DNA of 35,762 bases, from positions 1 to 35,762 of the IMG/VR virus record IMGVR_UViG_3300044259_000246. One strand, 5' to 3'. Position 1 is the stretch's first letter, and each line of letters starts with the position of its first letter. This stretch comes from a virus. Taxonomy: Duplodnaviria > Caudoviricetes. Under the pieces are notes generated by a model that was not told the origin of the DNA, ran no database searches, and saw nothing but the letters and a program-made list of their open reading frames with translations. Of this stretch, positions 25,873-35,762 are shown one piece after another. The position numbers were made by a program, and so were the translations under genes.

Positions 25873-28800
25873 ATGGCAACCTTACGTGAACTAATAATAA
25901 AGATTTCCGCTAATTCGCAATCATTCCAGTCAGAAATAGCACGAGCTTCACGTATGGGGAGTGATTATTACAGGACTATACAAAATGGCGGGCGGCAATC
26001 CGCAGCCGCATCACGCGAGAGCAGTCGTGCATTGGCTGAAATAAATTCTCAACTTGTCTCGGTAAAGTCTACAGCTCTGGGAATGACTGGCGCATTAGCG
26101 GGGGCATTTGCTACCGGGAATCTGATTAGTCTAGCCGATCAGTGGAATATGGTTAATGCGCGACTGAAGCAGGCATCAGTATCTACACAAGACTTCACCA
26201 GTAATCAGGCCGCGTTGATGGCGCTGAGCCAGCGCACAGGGACAGCATTTGCTGACAACGCCGGATTATTTGCCCGTTCCGCTGCTTCTCTCCGTGAATA
26301 CGGCTACACGTCACAGGATGCATTAAAGGTCACAGAAGCACTAGCAACCGGCCTGAAACTTTCCGGAGCTGGCGTTCAGGAATCCAGTTCTGTTATTACC
26401 CAATTCAGCCAGGCACTGGCGCAGGGTGTCTTGCGCGGGGAAGAGTTCAACTCCGTAAACGAAAATGGCGATCGTGTTATCCGTGCGCTGGCTGCGGGGA
26501 TGGGGGTTGCACGCAAAGACCTTAAGGCGATGGCTGATGACGGGAAACTCACTGCTGACAAAGTTGTTCCTGCTTTAATCAGTCAACTTGGCGCGATGCA
26601 AAATGAATTTGCTGCAATGCCAGCCACTGTTGGTGGATCAGTAACTAAAGTGCAGAATTCCTTTCAACAATGGGTTGGTGGGGTCAATGAAACGTCCCGA
26701 ATCACGGCTACGTTATCAGGAACATTGAATTCACTGGCCGATAACATTGATGACGTTGCGACCGCCGCTGGCGCATTGGTGGCGATTGGTGCGGCTCGTT
26801 ACTTTGGGAATATGGCGTCAGGCGCATATAGCGCCACGGCTGGTTTAATTTCAGCAGCAAAAAGTGAGGTGACTTTAGCTGAGGCACAATTAAGAGGAAC
26901 TCAGATTGCTACCGCCCGCGCACGTGCTGCTGTATATCGCGCACAACAGGCATTAGTGGCTGCACGCGGAACTGATGCACAGGCGGCGGCCGAAAAACGA
27001 TTAGCCGCGACTCAGATAATGGTAACGCGGAATATTGCTGCGAGAACAGCAGCACAAACAACTCTGAACAATGTCACTGCCGCTGGATCGCGGCTAATGT
27101 CCGGCGCTTTAGGATTGGTGGGCGGCGTCCCTGGTCTGTTGATGTTGGGGGCTGGCGCTTGGTACTACATGTATCAGAACCAAGAGCAGGCACGGCGTTC
27201 AGCGCAGGAGTACGCAAATACAATTGACGAAATCAGGAAAAAATCAGGTGCAATGTCTTTAGCTGACGCGTCTGATAATTACAATAAAACACAATCATCA
27301 CTATCAGAACAAAACCGATTAATTGACGAACAGAAAGAAAAAATTCGCTTGATACGCGTTGAAATCGAAGGCTATCAGAAGATGCTGGCAAATCCCGGTT
27401 TAACAGTCGGCGGTTACATGGTTAATCATCTGATGAGCGTCGAGGACGCAACAAACGGCCTATCATCAGCGACAGAAAGCCTATCTGTCGAGCAGGATCG
27501 CCTATCGCGCCTGCAAAGTAAGGCTCAAGATATTCAAAACGTTTTGGCCGGTCTAGAACATCGCCGAGTCGCGTTAATCCGACAACAGGCCGCAGAACAG
27601 AATGCGGCGTATCAATCTCTTTTGCGAATGAATGGCCAGCACACGGAATTTAACCGCCTACTGTCTCTGGGTAATGATTTATTATCAGCTCGCCAGGGTA
27701 ACGCATCATTCCCGTTTCGAGTTCCAGATGCAGCACTGACTGATAAGCAAAAGGATGCGTTAGAGAAAAGCCGTCAAGATTTGGAACTTTCAAAGCTAAA
27801 AGGGGAAGCCAAAGAACTGGCGCGTCTGCGATATTCTGCCGATGAATTAGGGTTAACAGATAATCCAGCAAATCAGAAGTCCAGACAGGATTATATTAAT
27901 AATAATCTGGCTAAATGGAGAAATGACGAAGCAAACAAGCCGACAAAAAAGGGACCAAAAACTGACGAAGAAAAAGCCGTTGATACTTATGAACGCCTGA
28001 TTAAACAGCAGCGTGAACAATTAACGCTTGGTAGCCAAAATACCGAATTGGCAAAAATAAAGTATCAGACGACGCAGGGGGAGTTATCAACCCTCTCTGA
28101 TATGCAAAAAGCTGAATTACTCAACCTCTCAGCAGCACTGGATCACTTGAAAGTGCAAGAACGATTTAAAGATCTACAAGAGGAATTATTAACCCCTGAA
28201 GAAGCACTGCTTAAAAAAACTCGTGAACGAATTGAGTTACTGAAACAGGCAGTACCAGCAACAGAAGCGTACCGCGATGCAATGGAAAGAATATCCAAAT
28301 CAACTGTTACTGAAGCTCCTAAATTTGGCGGAATTGATGCATCTGTTGGCGGTCCAAGTGGAGAATTGTTAAAGGTGGCTGACGCAGAAAAGGATTTGAA
28401 AAAATGGCACAAGCAGCAGTTAGATCTGCAACAGGAATTGCTGGACCAAAAGTTAATTAATGAACAGACCTATGCTGATCGTGTGGCAGAGATAAACCAA
28501 ACCAACAACAGCAGGCTTCAGGACATTCAAGCTGGCTACACCTCAGCCAGTCTGAGCATGTTTTCAGATTTGGCCGGGCAGTCCGCATCTTTACTGGCTG
28601 GTATGGGGAAAGAGGGAAGCGCCGCATACAAAATGTTGTTTTTAGCTAGTAAAGCAGCGGCCATTGCTCAGGCAGTAATAAACACCGAATTGGCAGCCAC
28701 AAAAGCGATGGCGGAAGGTGGAATGATTTTCGGTATACCTGCCGCGACAGCTATCCGGGCTGTTGGGTATGCCTCCGTTGGGCTCATTGCAGCTCAGTCT

Positions 28801-29160
28801 ATAGCAGGTATGGCCCACGATGGTATCGATCGCGTTCCAGAAACAGGGACTTGGTTACTCCAGAAAGGAGAACGGGTTGTAACGGCTCAAACCTCCGCAA
28901 AGTTGGATTCGACATTAGAGAGAGTGCATCAGCGTCAGGAGGAGAGAGACGCAATGATTGCGTCATCAGCGTTTAATTACTCCCCGATTGTTAACGTAAA
29001 CGGAAACCCCGATGATCGCACAATGGTGATGATGCAAAACGCTGTGCGGCAGGGAGCAATGCAGGGCTATCAAATGGTCGTAAATCATTTAGCTTCAGGC
29101 CAGGGGCAGGTATCTAAAGCACTTGGCAGCGGATGGGGTACGTCTCGGAGAAAACGATAA
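25873..29160 (+). CDS. Tail tape measure protein
   Basis: 1095 aa, Ala-rich; QFSQALAQGVLRGEEFNSV and GMAHDGID motifs. Confidence 0.95.
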   Translation: MATLRELIIKISANSQSFQSEIARASRMGSDYYRTIQNGGRQSAAASRESSRALAEINSQLVSVKSTALGMTGALAGAFATGNLISLADQWNMVNARLKQASVSTQDFTSNQAALMALSQRTGTAFADNAGLFARSAASLREYGYTSQDALKVTEALATGLKLSGAGVQESSSVITQFSQALAQGVLRGEEFNSVNENGDRVIRALAAGMGVARKDLKAMADDGKLTADKVVPALISQLGAMQNEFAAMPATVGGSVTKVQNSFQQWVGGVNETSRITATLSGTLNSLADNIDDVATAAGALVAIGAARYFGNMASGAYSATAGLISAAKSEVTLAEAQLRGTQIATARARAAVYRAQQALVAARGTDAQAAAEKRLAATQIMVTRNIAARTAAQTTLNNVTAAGSRLMSGALGLVGGVPGLLMLGAGAWYYMYQNQEQARRSAQEYANTIDEIRKKSGAMSLADASDNYNKTQSSLSEQNRLIDEQKEKIRLIRVEIEGYQKMLANPGLTVGGYMVNHLMSVEDATNGLSSATESLSVEQDRLSRLQSKAQDIQNVLAGLEHRRVALIRQQAAEQNAAYQSLLRMNGQHTEFNRLLSLGNDLLSARQGNASFPFRVPDAALTDKQKDALEKSRQDLELSKLKGEAKELARLRYSADELGLTDNPANQKSRQDYINNNLAKWRNDEANKPTKKGPKTDEEKAVDTYERLIKQQREQLTLGSQNTELAKIKYQTTQGELSTLSDMQKAELLNLSAALDHLKVQERFKDLQEELLTPEEALLKKTRERIELLKQAVPATEAYRDAMERISKSTVTEAPKFGGIDASVGGPSGELLKVADAEKDLKKWHKQQLDLQQELLDQKLINEQTYADRVAEINQTNNSRLQDIQAGYTSASLSMFSDLAGQSASLLAGMGKEGSAAYKMLFLASKAAAIAQAVINTELAATKAMAEGGMIFGIPAATAIRAVGYASVGLIAAQSIAGMAHDGIDRVPETGTWLLQKGERVVTAQTSAKLDSTLERVHQRQEERDAMIASSAFNYSPIVNVNGNPDDRTMVMMQNAVRQGAMQGYQMVVNHLASGQGQVSKALGSGWGTSRRKR

Positions 29161-29621
29161 TGCCAGATATCTACTATCCGCATGACTATTTGCCGCTCCC
29201 GCTGATGGATGGCTACGGATTTCAGCCAATATCTCCACTGTCACGAACGGAAATGACATCTGGGCGGGCTCGGCAGCGGCGAAAATACAAATCAACACCC
29301 ACGCAGGCAAGTGTGAAATGGACGTTTAAAACTGACGGGGAGTCGATGCTGTTTGAGTCATTTTTTCATGATTCGCTGACTGACGGTTCTGCATGGTTTT
29401 ATATGAAACTCCACACCCCGCGAGGTCTGGAGTTTTATAAATGCCGATTCATCGATATTTATCAGGGGCCAACGTTGATAGCACCAAAATATTTCCAGTT
29501 CTCTGCAACGCTGGAATTATGGGAGCGACCGATTCTCCCTGACGGCTGGGGGGAATTTCCTGATTACATTGCTAACAGCAGTATTATCGATCTAGCGCTA
29601 AACAGGGAGTGGCCTCAATGA
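29160..29621 (+). CDS. Minor / distal tail protein
   Basis: TAATG coupling to TMP; YPHDYLPLPL..GY...RTEMTSGRARQRR. Confidence 0.8.
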   Translation: MPDIYYPHDYLPLPLMDGYGFQPISPLSRTEMTSGRARQRRKYKSTPTQASVKWTFKTDGESMLFESFFHDSLTDGSAWFYMKLHTPRGLEFYKCRFIDIYQGPTLIAPKYFQFSATLELWERPILPDGWGEFPDYIANSSIIDLALNREWPQ

Positions 29622-30109
29622 CAGGTTCTGCTGTATTACATCGCGTTTATGCGTCCAGCGGGCGCGAGGTTCGCATACTGACGTTAGAAATAATTATTGG
29701 AACCGATCGTTATTATCTCACGCAGGGATGGGATGATATTCCCGCAAAATTGGAGTCTGGTGTAGACGTAATGTTTACGGCCTGTGCAATGGATATTGCG
29801 CTTCCTGCACGAAACGCAGACGGCACTCAAGACCTGAGATTCGCTATCAGCAATATTGACGGGGTTGTATCAAACAGAATCCGCATCGCTCTTGATGCCA
29901 ACGAACGAATGCTTATTACGTATCGTGAGTATCTGGACGCATATTTATCAGCTCCAGCGAAACGACCGTGGACAATGAAAGTGAAAGGAGGCTACTGGAC
30001 GGCTCCAGAGGTTCAGATTACAGCTGGTTACATGAATGTGCTGGATACGGCATGGCCTCGCCGCCGCTTTACCCTTCCTGAGTTTCCCGGATTACGCTAC
30101 ATCTCGTAG
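29618..30109 (+). CDS. Minor tail protein (DUF1833-like)
   Basis: IALPARNADGTQDLRFAISNIDG; gene position. Confidence 0.8.
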   Translation: MTGSAVLHRVYASSGREVRILTLEIIIGTDRYYLTQGWDDIPAKLESGVDVMFTACAMDIALPARNADGTQDLRFAISNIDGVVSNRIRIALDANERMLITYREYLDAYLSAPAKRPWTMKVKGGYWTAPEVQITAGYMNVLDTAWPRRRFTLPEFPGLRYIS

Positions 30110-30117
30110 GGATTAAT

Positions 30118-30498
30118 ATGATTAACATTGATAAATACCGTTCTGTCATTTGGCAGAAGGGCGGGCGCACTTATCCGCATCTTGACTGCTTCGGGATTGT
30201 AAATGCAGTGCGGCGTGATCTGGGGTTGTCTCCGTGGCCTGATTTTAACGGTGTAACCAAAGACGATAACGGGCTTGATCGCGAAGCTAAGGGGCTGATG
30301 CAGGAATTGTCGATTTGCGCTCCAGTGAATGGGGCTGGTATCGCCTGCTATAGCGCCTCTCTGGTAACTCATGTAGCTGTCGTCGTGGAATTAAATGGTG
30401 TTCTCCATGCGATCGAATGCAATCCCAAAACCAACGTAACGATTATGCCGCTTAGACGGTTTGAGCGTCGTTTTGTTAATGTGGAGTATTACAAGTGA
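30118..30498 (+). CDS. NlpC/P60-type tail assembly protein
   Basis: GGR..P.LDCFG...HVAVV catalytic Cys/His. Confidence 0.82.
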   Translation: MINIDKYRSVIWQKGGRTYPHLDCFGIVNAVRRDLGLSPWPDFNGVTKDDNGLDREAKGLMQELSICAPVNGAGIACYSASLVTHVAVVVELNGVLHAIECNPKTNVTIMPLRRFERRFVNVEYYK

Positions 30499-33284
30499 CT
30501 ATCCGCATTTATCCGTCTCGTTTGCCCGGCGAGCCACTAGAGACCCACGCTCACGGAACGCTGACGCTGCATGATTGGTTTTTGCATAACGTTCGTGGAT
30601 GGCAGTTTGAAATGACTCATCCGATCGTTGTAGAAATCAACGGAGTTCCTATTCATCCAGCGCAATGGCAAAGATGTAATATCTACGCTGACGATGATGT
30701 TCGGATGTACCCGATACCGTACGGCCTCGAAGCTGCTACTCTGGCGTGGATTGCTGTTGCCGTTGCTGTTGCATCTGTTGCTTACTCATTGATAATGATG
30801 AGTAATATAGACACGAGCGGATATTCACAAACTGGTTCTGGTGACTCTCTGGAACTGAATCCGGCAAAAGCCAATAGTGCAAAGTTGGGCGACCCAATCA
30901 GGGAGATATTCGGAAGATATAAAATTTTTCCTGATTATGTTGTTCCGCCCGTCAGCCGCTTTATCGATAAGAAAAAATACTATACCCATCTATTCCTTTG
31001 TGTCGGAGTTGGAGAGCATTCAATTCCGCGATCCGGGATAAAAATCGGTGCTACACCGATATCGTCATTTGGCGATGATGTTCAGTACACCATTTATCCA
31101 CCTGGTGCTGATGTGTCTGCTGATGAGCGTTCAGAAAATTGGTACAGCGCCCCAGAGGTCGGGGGAACGAATGCTGGCACTGCTGGCCTTGATCTTGGCT
31201 CTAGTGGGCCAGAAACCACATCCGTTAATGCGGACGCGGTTACTGTATCTGGTACGTCAATCTCATTAACTGGCGAAACGACTGAATCCAATCCTGTGAT
31301 TCCAGAATCGTGGGAAGAGGGGACGATTATTTATGTCCGTGCTCCTGACGATTTTAATGTCAGCACAGTAAGTGGATATAACGTCATCAGCGGCCCTCTT
31401 GATGAACTGGCCCCGTATGTAGGTATGCCTGTCATTCTCGACTACAACGACAAGGATTTTTCCCTATTTATTGCCAGCTTTTCCCCTGCGGAAGAGGCCG
31501 ATCCTGAGGATGATTTAAGTATCGCCTCACCTGCAAAAATCACACTGGCGTACGGTAGTGAAACGGGTGCTGCGTTTAATGGCATACCGACAGGTGTGCA
31601 GCGGCTGACAGTAGGCACATCTGATTTCCGTTATCGCATCACAGAAATAGACGGTGTGACGATCAGTGTTGTCCGTGTCATCGATGTAACAACGACAGTC
31701 ACCGATCCGGATACCGGAGATGAGACCACAACAAAAACAACAGAGGTTGACCCTTCGTGGCCTGGTTTTATCGAGCGAACAATGCTTGATGCGTCAGTTA
31801 CAGGGCTGAATGACGAATACAATTGGCTGGGGCCATACATGGCATGTCCGGATAGTGAAACGACTAATCGATTTGAGATTAATTTTGCGTTTACGAGTGG
31901 ACTGTGTTCTTACGATAACAAAGGGAACAAAGGTGGGGCCGGCGTTACAGTTGCTATTCAGTATCGCGTAGTCGGTGATGATGAGTGGACTGAAAAATCA
32001 ATATATTATGCAGATGCATCAGAGGACGCCGTGGGGTTTACCGAAGTTTTCAATATCCCTGTTGCTGGGCAAGTTGAGGTCCGCTGTCGTCGTGCAACAG
32101 CAACCGCAGGCGGATCGACTCGAGACCTAGTTTACTGGCAATCATTGCGCTCTTTATTGCCTCGTCGGCCTGCCAGTTACGCAGGAATCACAACTATTGC
32201 GCTGACAGTCAGAACGGGAAATCGCATCGCAGCACAATCCGATCGCCGTGTCAGTGTTATAGCGACACGCGACTACGGACGTAAAATCAGCGGCGCTATA
32301 TACCATGTTCTACATAGCCTGGGCGTAACTGATGATGAGATTGATCACGGTGCAATAGACGAACTGGAAGAAAACTACTGGACCCCTCGCGGAGAAACGT
32401 TTGATTGGGCAGCGGGTGAAAGTAGTACATCAGCGCTGGAAGTTTTGCAAAAAATCACCGGCGCAGGGATGGGGTACTTCCTTTTATCAGATGGAATGAT
32501 GTCGGCAGGGCGAGAGGGTATTAGACCTTGGACTGGTGTTATAACACCGCAAGAAATGCCTGAGCCGATGCAGACCGCCTTTTCCGCCCCTTCTGAGGAT
32601 GACTATGACGGTGTAGACGTCACATACATCAACGGTGTCACATGGGCTGAAGAAACCGTTCAGTGCCGTACTGATGATAACCCGACCCCCCGAAAAGTTG
32701 AGGATTTCAAGCTAGATGGAGTACTGGAACCTGATAGAGCTTATCGTATTGGTATGCGTCGTTTGATGTCGTATCTATACCAAAAATTAACACACACAAC
32801 TACTACTGAGTTGGATGCACTGTGCTACGAGTACAAGGACCGCATCATCCTTACTGATGATATTCCTGGCAGTAACACCATCAGTTGTCTCATCACCGAA
32901 ATGCACTATCACGATGATGTGATCACGTTGACTGTAAGTGAACCACTGGATTGGAACTTTGAAAATCCACGTGTGTTAATCAGGCATCAAGACGGCTCGG
33001 CATCTGCATTGCTGACACCAACCCGCATTGATGATTACACACTGACGGTGCCAAACAGTGGAGCATTAGCGCCGGAAAGCTGGATTATGGATGACCCGTG
33101 TATTGAATTTCCGCGCCTGATTTTCTGTTCATCATCACGCATTGGATACGATGCGATTATTGATTCTATTGAGCCGGATTCTGACGGAACGTGCGGAGTA
33201 ACAGCTAAGCAATACACCCCATTACTTTATCAGTATGACGACGCGACGTATCCAGGCGATACAGATAACACGTCTGACGACTAA
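30495..33284 (+). CDS. Tail tip / central host-specificity protein
   Basis: 929 aa; AKLGDPIREIFGRYKIFPD; position after NlpC; terminator at 33308-33330. Confidence 0.85.
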   Translation: MTIRIYPSRLPGEPLETHAHGTLTLHDWFLHNVRGWQFEMTHPIVVEINGVPIHPAQWQRCNIYADDDVRMYPIPYGLEAATLAWIAVAVAVASVAYSLIMMSNIDTSGYSQTGSGDSLELNPAKANSAKLGDPIREIFGRYKIFPDYVVPPVSRFIDKKKYYTHLFLCVGVGEHSIPRSGIKIGATPISSFGDDVQYTIYPPGADVSADERSENWYSAPEVGGTNAGTAGLDLGSSGPETTSVNADAVTVSGTSISLTGETTESNPVIPESWEEGTIIYVRAPDDFNVSTVSGYNVISGPLDELAPYVGMPVILDYNDKDFSLFIASFSPAEEADPEDDLSIASPAKITLAYGSETGAAFNGIPTGVQRLTVGTSDFRYRITEIDGVTISVVRVIDVTTTVTDPDTGDETTTKTTEVDPSWPGFIERTMLDASVTGLNDEYNWLGPYMACPDSETTNRFEINFAFTSGLCSYDNKGNKGGAGVTVAIQYRVVGDDEWTEKSIYYADASEDAVGFTEVFNIPVAGQVEVRCRRATATAGGSTRDLVYWQSLRSLLPRRPASYAGITTIALTVRTGNRIAAQSDRRVSVIATRDYGRKISGAIYHVLHSLGVTDDEIDHGAIDELEENYWTPRGETFDWAAGESSTSALEVLQKITGAGMGYFLLSDGMMSAGREGIRPWTGVITPQEMPEPMQTAFSAPSEDDYDGVDVTYINGVTWAEETVQCRTDDNPTPRKVEDFKLDGVLEPDRAYRIGMRRLMSYLYQKLTHTTTTELDALCYEYKDRIILTDDIPGSNTISCLITEMHYHDDVITLTVSEPLDWNFENPRVLIRHQDGSASALLTPTRIDDYTLTVPNSGALAPESWIMDDPCIEFPRLIFCSSSRIGYDAIIDSIEPDSDGTCGVTAKQYTPLLYQYDDATYPGDTDNTSDD

Positions 33285-33347
33285 AACCACATTAACCAAC
33301 CTATTGAAACCCGCTTCGGCGGGTTTTTTTATGCCTGAGGTATTTAG

Positions 33348-35525
33348 ATGACCACTTATAACACCAGGAATCCGCTGGGCTCTGCTGCTGCAAAAGATCT
33401 GTACGATAACGCCGAAAATCTGGATGGCTTTGTTAACGACACTCAAAATGAGTCACTCCCTGATCGTCTCGGCGTTGATCGCAAAACGTGGTACGGCATG
33501 CAGCAGATGTTTATTCGTGCTATGTCTAAAATGGGTTGGTTGCCAATGCCGGATGTTTCATTTGAAACCGGAGCTACACTGAGTGATTCAACGCAGGCTC
33601 TCCAGCATAGTGATAATAATTATTACGCGTGGCATGGAGTATTTCCTAAAATTGTTCCAGCGGGGTCATCGCCAGATAGTACCGGTGGGATCGGAAGTGG
33701 CGCATGGGCAAACGTAACTGATTTAACATTACGCTCAGCTCTCTCTCAGCCGGATGGATTTCAATTTGTTGGCGGCACACAGATTGCGCGAATAACTCTA
33801 TCCGACGCTAAAGGATTTAATGGTTTTTTAGATGGTCAGCAGGTATTTATCACTGATATCGGCTATCTATTCAAATTTAATGCTACACGTAACATCATCC
33901 CTGGCCAGCCAGCATCAGTGATATCAACTGACGACGAATTACATAAATTAGTCGCGTCAGGCGGCATGCTTGAGTTTGACGATTACGATAAGTTACGCGG
34001 ACTTGAGTCGCAAAATTACGCTAAATACTTGTCTCGACTACGTACGAATAAATCGATCGGGCTGGTGGCTTACGGAGACTCGATTACTTGGGGGCAGCGA
34101 CCGGACGGGGGGCAGTACCCGCTGAACTATCCAGTGCAAATCGCGCAAACAATGTCTACCCGCACACAGTGCGCCTGGTCCGCGCAAAACATGGCATCGC
34201 CAGGCGATCGAGCGCTGACAAACTACGTGCGGAATATCAATGACGGCACGACGGGGCATATTTCTACGATAATGCTCGGTGTTAATGACATTAAGGCAGC
34301 AACTGATAACGGCAACAACCCCGAAGATATCGAAGGAGATACGCTATACGGCGTCAAAAGTTATGCTGTAGTGATGCGTAAATTTATCGCACGTGAGCTG
34401 TTACGTGGCCGATGTGTCGTAATTTTGGGTACCACGCAATGGGTGAGCGGTGCGAACACATCACCCATGAGCAACATGACGGAATGTTACCTATCACAGA
34501 CATACGACTCCGCCGCTAACGCGGTAGCCAGTGAGTTTGGTTGTATGTTTGTAGACACAATGCGTGACGTGATTCAGCAGTTCGGAATCAGTGAAAGCTG
34601 CCATGACGGCATCCACCTTCGCGCCGATTTTCTTGAAATAATCGGCAAAAGATTTGCTTGCGTATTCATGCATATAGACTATAAAAAACCTCGTAAGATA
34701 CGTCACGGTGATGTGTTTATACCCGGATTTTTTCAGAATCCTATCTCATCGAATCGAACAATAACTCACAGCTCGTTTACTAATGGCTCATCCCCACCAC
34801 TTGGCGGCGGCACCGATAGCCCGGAAGCCATTGGTGTTCTACTGCCCAACGATGATATAGGCGGCAGCGTAACGTTCGCGATGTATATTGATGAAGATAG
34901 CGTGGTGGCATTTCCATCAATAAATTCAGACGGAACACCGTATACGCTTGATGTGATAGCTGATGATGGTGCTACTCAGCCTGATTACCCTTCTGATGTG
35001 GAGATAATCCCTGTATTACGTGATCGGCAATATATTGTATCTGGTCGATCCGTTGGTGGTTCAGGGCAGAAAAATCGCACAACTGAAAAATACACAGTAG
35101 GACGTGTAGACGGATGTTATATCCATTTTACGACGCGCGGATGGCATATGCTGACGTTCGCAGTTGGGCAAAACGCTGGCGTTGCTGCTGTGGAAGGGAT
35201 CGTTTTTGACAGTTGGTCGAACGTGAGAAACAACGACGTGTACGGCGGTGTTTCCGGGACTTTATTCAGGCGTGGGGTCGCAAGCACAATGACTGGATTT
35301 GTGAATGCTTGCACATCCGAAGCTACAGGCGTATTTGATGTAGCGATCAGTAATCTTGTGCCTGAAAATTATCGCGTCGAAGTCGAGTACACTGAAGACG
35401 CTGCGCTTATTAACCACAGAGTGATATTTAAAGCCGAAGGATCATTCAGGATTCAGTTTTATAACTCAGCTAACGCACTCGTTAACCCTACGTCATTTAG
35501 AGCTACAGTGATCGGCGGCAGATAG
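33348..35525 (+). CDS. Tail spike with SGNH/GDSL esterase domain
   Basis: Virion-attachment N-terminus (MTTYNTRNPLGS..KDLYDNA; W.G.FPK.VPAGSSP.STGGIG.GAW); SGNH blocks YGDSIT, MLGVND and DGIH. Confidence 0.85.
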   Translation: MTTYNTRNPLGSAAAKDLYDNAENLDGFVNDTQNESLPDRLGVDRKTWYGMQQMFIRAMSKMGWLPMPDVSFETGATLSDSTQALQHSDNNYYAWHGVFPKIVPAGSSPDSTGGIGSGAWANVTDLTLRSALSQPDGFQFVGGTQIARITLSDAKGFNGFLDGQQVFITDIGYLFKFNATRNIIPGQPASVISTDDELHKLVASGGMLEFDDYDKLRGLESQNYAKYLSRLRTNKSIGLVAYGDSITWGQRPDGGQYPLNYPVQIAQTMSTRTQCAWSAQNMASPGDRALTNYVRNINDGTTGHISTIMLGVNDIKAATDNGNNPEDIEGDTLYGVKSYAVVMRKFIARELLRGRCVVILGTTQWVSGANTSPMSNMTECYLSQTYDSAANAVASEFGCMFVDTMRDVIQQFGISESCHDGIHLRADFLEIIGKRFACVFMHIDYKKPRKIRHGDVFIPGFFQNPISSNRTITHSSFTNGSSPPLGGGTDSPEAIGVLLPNDDIGGSVTFAMYIDEDSVVAFPSINSDGTPYTLDVIADDGATQPDYPSDVEIIPVLRDRQYIVSGRSVGGSGQKNRTTEKYTVGRVDGCYIHFTTRGWHMLTFAVGQNAGVAAVEGIVFDSWSNVRNNDVYGGVSGTLFRRGVASTMTGFVNACTSEATGVFDVAISNLVPENYRVEVEYTEDAALINHRVIFKAEGSFRIQFYNSANALVNPTSFRATVIGGR

Positions 35526-35540
35526 CCGATCACGCACACA

Positions 35541-35762
35541 TCACGCAAAAAACGAAAGTCTGCCGGCGATGATGTCGAGTGCGCATTCCAGTGTTTCTAC
35601 TGGATCTGTGTGAATTGCTGGCGCGTCAGTTTCTCCGACGCGTACAGCGACATAAAACCCGCTATCTTCGATCACTGCGTATGAACCGACAGGGCAGTCT
35701 GTGAGCATGTCGCTGTCGTCGAGTACGCAGATTGTCGTTCCGTGATAATCGATTTGTCTCAT
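35541..35762 (-). CDS. Hypothetical protein (ATG at the window edge)
   Basis: 73-aa ORF convergent with the tail spike; upstream context not visible. Confidence 0.5.
   Translation of the reverse strand: MRQIDYHGTTICVLDDSDMLTDCPVGSYAVIEDSGFYVAVRVGETDAPAIHTDPVETLECALDIIAGRLSFFA

Noticed and set aside
4185-35314. Numerous antisense or alternate-frame ORFs (e.g. 4185-4853, 6679-7125, 8374-8808, 17096-17467, 22817-23200)
   Set aside because: They are shadows of well-supported genes, with no RBS or motif support.

Overview
Most of a lambdoid temperate prophage of an enterobacterial host, with an SfV/e14/ST64B-type early region, an HK97-type head and a long non-contractile tail. Left to right: (1) the leftward early operon, with a gene the ORF track missed that encodes near-identical 20-aa leucine-rich repeats (60-bp units running off the window), rdgC, a highly structured non-coding stretch and small ORFs; (2) pL, a cI repressor with no visible autocleavage domain, pR, cro and a ymfL/cII-like gene; (3) replication initiator with iterons, PerC-like gene, Dam-type and C5 methyltransferases, DUF968 and Q; (4) an AT-rich antisense three-gene cassette, a lipoprotein DNA/RNA nuclease and a holin/methylase fusion scar; (5) pinholin, SAR endolysin and Rz/Rz1; (6) a DNA Pol III theta (holE/hot) homologue, HNH, terminases, portal, ClpP-type protease, capsid, neck and tail genes, a lipoprotein moron, tape measure, tail tip and an SGNH-esterase tail spike. 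No integrase or att site is in the window. The best candidates for something undescribed are the combinatorially variable LRR array (1-570), the three-gene membrane cassette after Q, and the structured RNA cluster at 1596-1928. All family assignments come from motif recognition and gene order, not from database searches.
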